Source: an uncultured Bacilli bacterium (GTDB lineage: Bacteria > Bacillota_I > Bacilli_A > RF39 > UBA660). Taken from it: 64,000 bases of DNA. The translations under genes were made by a program, and so were the position numbers. How positions within the stretch are numbered: the stretch's first letter is position 1; the number at the start of each line of letters is the position of its first letter. The stretch spans positions 12,325 to 76,324 of the forward strand of contig CANRKG010000002.1 of the NCBI GenBank assembly GCA_947631155.1, in the 5' to 3' direction. A model generated the notes under the pieces. The model was not told the origin of the DNA. It saw nothing but the letters and a program-made list of their open reading frames with translations, and searched no databases. This document shows positions 59,657 to 64,000 of the stretch, in pieces.

Positions 59657-60379
59657 ATGAAACCAATTATAGGAATTCCATTAAGACCAGAAAAAGATTC
59701 AAAAACAGATTTATATATGTATACAATTTATGAAAATCTTATTAAACGACTTCAATCTTTAGGAGCAGATATTATGCCTATAGCTCCTTTATTAGAATGT
59801 GATAGTAGTAAAATTAAATATAGCGATTATGAATCTTTATCAGAAGAAGGAATAAAAACTTTAAATCGTTTTTTAAAACTTTGTGATGGTTTTGTTTTAC
59901 CAGGAGGAAATCGATATGTTCCAACTAATCAATATATTATAGAATATGCTATAAAAAATGATATCCCAATTTTAGGCATTTGTTTTGGTATGCAAGAAAT
60001 GGCATGCTTTAGAAAAGATTTTTGGGTTGATAAAATTGATACTAGTACAATAAATCATTGTCAAGAGAAAAAAGATGGTTTTCAACACTCAATTCATATA
60101 AAAAAGGATTCACTTTTATATGAGATAATGAAAGCAGATAACATTAAAGTAAATAGTTTTCATAATTATAAAGTAAGACCAAGTGACTATTATGAAATAG
60201 TTGCTAATAGTGAAGATGGTATAATTGAAGCAATAGTTTGTCCTCATAACACATTTAATATGGGAGTTCAATGGCATCCAGAACGTCCCAATGATGCTGA
60301 TATTTATTCTCAAAAATTATTAAAATATTTTATAGAAATAGCAAGTTTAAAAAATAGTAGTATACCAAAATCAATGTAA
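59657..60379 (+). CDS. Peptidase C26 / gamma-glutamyl-gamma-aminobutyrate hydrolase-like class I glutamine amidotransferase
   Basis: Nucleophile elbow ILGICFGMQ and VQWHPE (His-Glu). Confidence 0.85.
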   Translation: MKPIIGIPLRPEKDSKTDLYMYTIYENLIKRLQSLGADIMPIAPLLECDSSKIKYSDYESLSEEGIKTLNRFLKLCDGFVLPGGNRYVPTNQYIIEYAIKNDIPILGICFGMQEMACFRKDFWVDKIDTSTINHCQEKKDGFQHSIHIKKDSLLYEIMKADNIKVNSFHNYKVRPSDYYEIVANSEDGIIEAIVCPHNTFNMGVQWHPERPNDADIYSQKLLKYFIEIASLKNSSIPKSM

Positions 60380-60464
60380 AACCTTTCTTACAAAAAAAAG
60401 TTGCTTTTCAAATAAAGTTTTATTATAATGTTTAATAAGAAGAATATAAATGGAGGAAAATAAA

Positions 60465-62465
60465 ATGGATGAAAATCATAAAGATTTAGAAGAAATAGAA
60501 ACTTTAAATGAACAACCTAAATCAGAACAAGATAATGTAGTGGAAGTAGCTCCAATGGAAGAGAATAATGTAGCAGAAACTTCAGAAGATGTAGTTCCAA
60601 TCGAAGAAAATAATGTAGCAGAAGCTCCAGTAGAGGTAACACCAATGGAAGAAAATAATGTAGCAGAAGCTCCAGTAGAAGTACCACCAATGGAAGAAAA
60701 TAATGTAGCAGAAGCTCCGGTAGAAGTACCACCAATGGAAGAAAATAATGTAGCGGAAGCTCCAGTAGAAGTACCACCAGTAGAAGTACCACCAGTGGAA
60801 GAGAATAATGTAGCAGAAGCACCAGTAGAAGTACCACCAATGGAAGAGAATAATGTTGTAGAAACTCCAAATAATGAGAATATAGCAAATAATGAAATGA
60901 TGCCTAATAATTCTAACAAGAAGAAAGGAAAATTTGGAAAAGTATTTTTAATTATATTATTAGTATTAGTTCTTATCGCAGCTATTATTATAGTAGTATT
61001 AAAATTTATGCCTCAATTAGTAAAGAAAGATGCAACTAATAAGATAGAATCCAAAAAAGTATATTCTAAATATAGAATGGATGGTAATGGTTTACAGAAT
61101 TTTGATTTATCTTTTTTAAAAATAGAAAATTCTGATAATAATATTATCTATAGTCCACTATCTATTAAATATGCATTAGGAATGCTTAATGAAGGAGCTA
61201 GTGGAAATACAAAGGAACAAATAACAGATGTTATTGGTGATTATAAAATTAATAAATATACTAATAATAATAACATGTCATTTGCTAATGCTTTGTTTAT
61301 AAGGGATAATTATAAAGAATATATTAAAACTAATTATAAAGATAATTTAACTAATAAATATAACGCTGAACTTATATATGATTCATTCCAAACACCAAAT
61401 AACGTAAATAAATGGGTTAGTGATAAAACATTTGGATTGATTGATCAATTAGTTGATAATGTTTCTAATACGAAATTTATGCTTATAAATGCACTGGCTA
61501 TTGATATGGAATGGAATAAGTTAATTCAGGCTACTAATGAAACATTCAAAGATTCATATTCTGTACATTATGAGCATGAAAATTTTTCAGATTTTATTGA
61601 AGTTATTATGGGTGATAGATACCCATCTGTACCATTTAACAACAACCAAATAAATGCTAAAGCAGTAGAAATAGGTGCAGCTATTAATAATTATGATATT
61701 ATAAGTGACCTTGGTGAAGATAATATTAGACAAACAATTACACAGGAATATACAAATTGGTTAGCTAATGGTGATAATCTTTGTGGAAATGATTTACCTG
61801 TTGATCAATACGTTAATAAATTTATTGAAGAATTAAAGTCAAATTATGGACAAGTAAAGTCATCAACTGATTTTATGCTTTATGATGATGAACATGTCAA
61901 AGCTTTTGCTAAAGATTTAAAAGAATATTCTGGTACTACATTACAATATGTTGGTATTATGCCTAAAGATCAAGATATTAATCAATATATTGAAAATGTT
62001 GACACTAAAAATATTAGTGATATTATTACTAATTTAAAAACTATTGAATTAGGTAATTTTACTAAAGGTAAAGTAACCGAAATATCAGGATATATTCCAT
62101 TATTTAAATATGATTATGAATTAAAATTAAATAATGATTTAAATGAGTTAGGAATTACTGATATTTTTGATAAAGAAAAAATTGATTTATCTAATATGAC
62201 TTCAGATAAAGATATTGTAATGGACACAAAGCATAAAGCAAACATAGAATTTTCAAATGAAGGAATTAAAGCTGCTGCCGCAACTATGATGGGTGGTTTA
62301 GGTGCAGCAAGCTGTGGATTTGAGCATTTATATGAAGTACCAGTAGAAAAAATCGATTTAACTTTTGATAAGCCATACATTTTCTTAATCAGAGATAAGA
62401 ATAGTGGAGAGGTTTGGTTTGTTGGTAAGGTTGTTCAACCAACTGAAAATAATACAACTAATTAA
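60465..62465 (+). CDS. Membrane-anchored serpin with acidic N-terminal tandem-repeat region
   Basis: ATG 60465 lies 8 nt after GGAGG, which contains the ORF-track ATG 60450. Seven PMEENNVAEAPVEVP-type repeats, KKKGKFGK + one TM, then a serpin core (IIYSPLSIKYALGMLNEGASGNTKEQI ... hinge EGIKAAAAT ... FDKPYIFLIRDKNSGEVWFVGKVVQP). Confidence 0.88.
   Translation: MDENHKDLEEIETLNEQPKSEQDNVVEVAPMEENNVAETSEDVVPIEENNVAEAPVEVTPMEENNVAEAPVEVPPMEENNVAEAPVEVPPMEENNVAEAPVEVPPVEVPPVEENNVAEAPVEVPPMEENNVVETPNNENIANNEMMPNNSNKKKGKFGKVFLIILLVLVLIAAIIIVVLKFMPQLVKKDATNKIESKKVYSKYRMDGNGLQNFDLSFLKIENSDNNIIYSPLSIKYALGMLNEGASGNTKEQITDVIGDYKINKYTNNNNMSFANALFIRDNYKEYIKTNYKDNLTNKYNAELIYDSFQTPNNVNKWVSDKTFGLIDQLVDNVSNTKFMLINALAIDMEWNKLIQATNETFKDSYSVHYEHENFSDFIEVIMGDRYPSVPFNNNQINAKAVEIGAAINNYDIISDLGEDNIRQTITQEYTNWLANGDNLCGNDLPVDQYVNKFIEELKSNYGQVKSSTDFMLYDDEHVKAFAKDLKEYSGTTLQYVGIMPKDQDINQYIENVDTKNISDIITNLKTIELGNFTKGKVTEISGYIPLFKYDYELKLNNDLNELGITDIFDKEKIDLSNMTSDKDIVMDTKHKANIEFSNEGIKAAAATMMGGLGAASCGFEHLYEVPVEKIDLTFDKPYIFLIRDKNSGEVWFVGKVVQPTENNTTN
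60552..60869 (+). repeat. 45-bp (15-codon) in-frame tandem repeat, ~7 copies
   Basis: The unit CCAATGGAAGAAAATAATGTAGCAGAAGCTCCAGTAGAAGTACCA repeats with few substitutions, plus one extra 15-bp PVEVP insertion. It generates the two spurious antisense ORFs at 60476-60919 and 60517-60888. Confidence 0.95.
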
Positions 62466-62489
62466 AATTTAAGAAAATAAAAAATTTTC

Positions 62490-62651
62490 TTGACAAATTA
62501 ACTATTAATTGCATATAATAGTAGAGTCAAGAAAAAGGAAAGAGATTATATCCACCTGATTGCCAGTAGCGATAGGTAAATGCCTTAAGTTTTTATTATA
62601 TAACTATTGTTAGGTAAAGTGGATATAATTTATGTCCACTTTTCTTAGTTT
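62490..62651 (+). promoter_or_regulatory. infC-rpmI-rplT promoter and L20-leader-like attenuator
   Basis: TTGACA (62490-95), 18 nt, TATAAT (62514-19). Terminator hairpin AAAGTGGA (62616-23) / TCCACTTT (62635-42) + U-rich tail. The upstream segment ATTATATCCAC (62545-55) is perfectly complementary to GTGGATATAAT (62619-29), giving an alternative long-range pairing. Confidence 0.65.
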
Positions 62652-62666
62652 ATGGAGGTGTTAGTT

Positions 62667-63200
62667 ATCGCAAAAAATAATGATAACATGATGATTAACG
62701 ATCAGATCAGAGCTCGTGAAGTTTTGGTAATCGGGCCTAATGGGGAACAAGTAGGTATTAAATCAATTGAGGATGCTCGTACTTTAGCATCATATGCAGC
62801 ACTTGATTTAGTATTGATTAGCCCAAATGCCAATCCGCCAGTATGTAAAGTAATGGATTATAACAAATTCCGTTATGAAAGACAAAAAAAGGCAAAAGAT
62901 GCATTAAAAAAACAAAAGGCAAATATGTCAGAATTGAAAGAATTTAGGTTATCGCCTGTAATTGATGTGGGTGATTTCGAAACAAAATTAAGAAATGCTA
63001 CTAAATATTTACAAAAAGGTGATCGTATCAAATTAACTATTCGATTCAAAGGTCGTCAAATGGCACATACTGAATTAGGAAAAGAGGTACTTTTGCGTTT
63101 TGCTGATCGAGTAAAAGATTGTGCAGAAGTAAAAGATCAGCCTAAGCTTGATGGTAGAGTAATGACTATGATGTTAGACCCAAAAAAAGATAATAAGTAA
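62667..63200 (+). CDS. infC: Translation initiation factor IF-3
   Basis: INDQIRAREVLVIGPNGEQVGI, DLVLISPNANPPVCKVMDYNKFRYE, KEFRLSPVID. The start is uncertain: the in-frame ATC 62667 lies 6 nt after GGAGGTG; the ORF-track ATG 62652 is part of that SD; the next ATGs are at 62688/62691. Confidence 0.9.
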   Translation: MAKNNDNMMINDQIRAREVLVIGPNGEQVGIKSIEDARTLASYAALDLVLISPNANPPVCKVMDYNKFRYERQKKAKDALKKQKANMSELKEFRLSPVIDVGDFETKLRNATKYLQKGDRIKLTIRFKGRQMAHTELGKEVLLRFADRVKDCAEVKDQPKLDGRVMTMMLDPKKDNK

Positions 63201-63214
63201 TAGGAGGAATTAAA

Positions 63215-63403
63215 ATGCCAAAAATAAAAACACATAAAGGTTGTTCCAAAGTATTTAAAACTAATAAAAATAATGTAACTAAAATTGGAAAACCAAGTAG
63301 TAGACATAACACAGGAGATAAACCAGCTAAATTTAATAGAAGTTGTAGAAAAGGATCTACTTTATCAAAAGCTGATTATAACAGATTAAAAAATGTTATT
63401 TAA
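63215..63403 (+). CDS. rpmI: 50S ribosomal protein L35
   Basis: MPKIKTHKG..K.FK......, a basic 62-aa product located between infC and rplT. Confidence 0.9.
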   Translation: MPKIKTHKGCSKVFKTNKNNVTKIGKPSSRHNTGDKPAKFNRSCRKGSTLSKADYNRLKNVI

Positions 63404-63428
63404 TAGAAAAATATAAGGAGGAAAGAGT

Positions 63429-64000
63429 ATGGCAAGAGTAAAAAATGGAGCAGTAACAAAAGCTCGTCATAAAAAGGTCTTAAAACAAGCTAAAGGTTAC
63501 TTTGGTAGTAAACATAGATTATATAAGACTGCAAAAGAACAATTAATGCATTCTGGTCAATATGCATATAGAGACAGAAAGCAAAGAAAAAGAGATTTTA
63601 GAAAGTTATGGATTACTAGAATTAATGCAGCATGTAGACAAAATGGAATTAGTTATTCTAGATTTATTGAAGGTTTAACAAAAGCAGGAGTTGAAGTAAA
63701 CCGTAAAATGTTATCAGAAATAGCAATCAATGATCCTAAGGCCTTTGCAGAACTTGTAAAAGTTTCTCGTGATGGTAAAAATAAAAAAATAACAAAAAAT
63801 GAAACAGTTGCTACTCAAGAAGTAACTATTAGTACAACTAAAAAAGCCGCAGTTGCAACTGCTAAAAAGACTACTAAGGTAGAAACAAAGAAAGAAGAAA
63901 TTAAAGAAGATTTATCTAAACTAACTTTAGCTGACTTAAAACAAAAAGCTAAAGATGCTGGAGTTAAAGGATATTCAACTATGAAAAAAGCAGAACTTTT
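63429..64000 (+). CDS. rplT: 50S ribosomal protein L20 with C-terminal extension, 3'-truncated by the window edge
   Basis: Not in the ORF track (no stop in the window). [38 protein letters not shown]...[16 protein letters not shown]... is canonical L20 to about aa 118. The frame then continues open for >70 more codons (Lys/Thr-rich linker, then [29 protein letters not shown]). Confidence 0.9.
   Translation, partial: MARVKNGAVTKARHKKVLKQAKGYFGSKHRLYKTAKEQLMHSGQYAYRDRKQRKRDFRKLWITRINAACRQNGISYSRFIEGLTKAGVEVNRKMLSEIAINDPKAFAELVKVSRDGKNKKITKNETVATQEVTISTTKKAAVATAKKTTKVETKKEEIKEDLSKLTLADLKQKAKDAGVKGYSTMKKAEL

Noticed and set aside
60552-60869. Possible CRISPR-like array because of regularly spaced repeats.
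   Set aside because: The repeats are directly adjacent with no unique spacers. They are in-frame within a CDS, and no cas genes are present.
60476-60919. Two long minus-strand ORFs (147 and 123 aa) with striking internal periodicity.
   Set aside because: They are the reverse-frame readout of the 45-bp tandem repeat in the serpin gene. The sense strand continues into a bona fide serpin domain.
62471-62491. AT-only hairpin AAGAAAAT/ATTTTCTT after the serpin gene, considered as a terminator.
   Set aside because: The stem is weak and overlaps the infC -35. It is plausible but not strong enough to list as a feature.

Overview
AT-rich (roughly 27-30% GC by eye) chromosomal segment of a low-GC Bacillota organism. 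It uses the standard genetic code: TGG is used for Trp and TGA is used as a stop. Sporulation genes are present (yqfC, yqfD, gerE-like, gerM-like, spoIIIAH-like). About 60 genes lie almost entirely on the + strand, and most are housekeeping: ruvAB-queA-tgt, lexA, polA, mutM, pyk, gmk, tmcAL-ylbN-rpmF, addBA, CBS-pyrophosphatase, DUF368-uppP, helD, nfo, a class B PBP, rpmG-efp, rpsU-yqeY-yqfCD-ybeY-dgkA-era-yqzL-recO, glyQS and infC-rpmI-rplT. Gene order resembles the B. subtilis ylb and yqe/yqf/yqh regions. Accessory or unusual content: (1) a giant repeat protein cut by the left window edge; (2) a HipA-like ORF inside the queA-tgt pair; (3) a small membrane ORF divergent from lexA with LexA-box-like operators; (4) two orphan prepilin-type genes, one 720 aa; (5) a Cys-rich secreted protein with a SipW/TasA-like N-terminus; (6) a class II bacteriocin locus with two unannotated double-glycine-leader peptides and a candidate immunity ORF, all below the ORF-track size cutoff; (7) an unusually compact T-box-like leader ahead of a LOG-glyQS operon; (8) a membrane-anchored serpin with 45-bp coding tandem repeats; (9) an L20 gene that runs past its normal end into a Rho_N/HeH-like tail and off the right window edge. 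No CRISPR array, rRNA, transposase, integrase or prophage content was seen. All functional calls come from motif recognition and synteny by eye; no database search was run.
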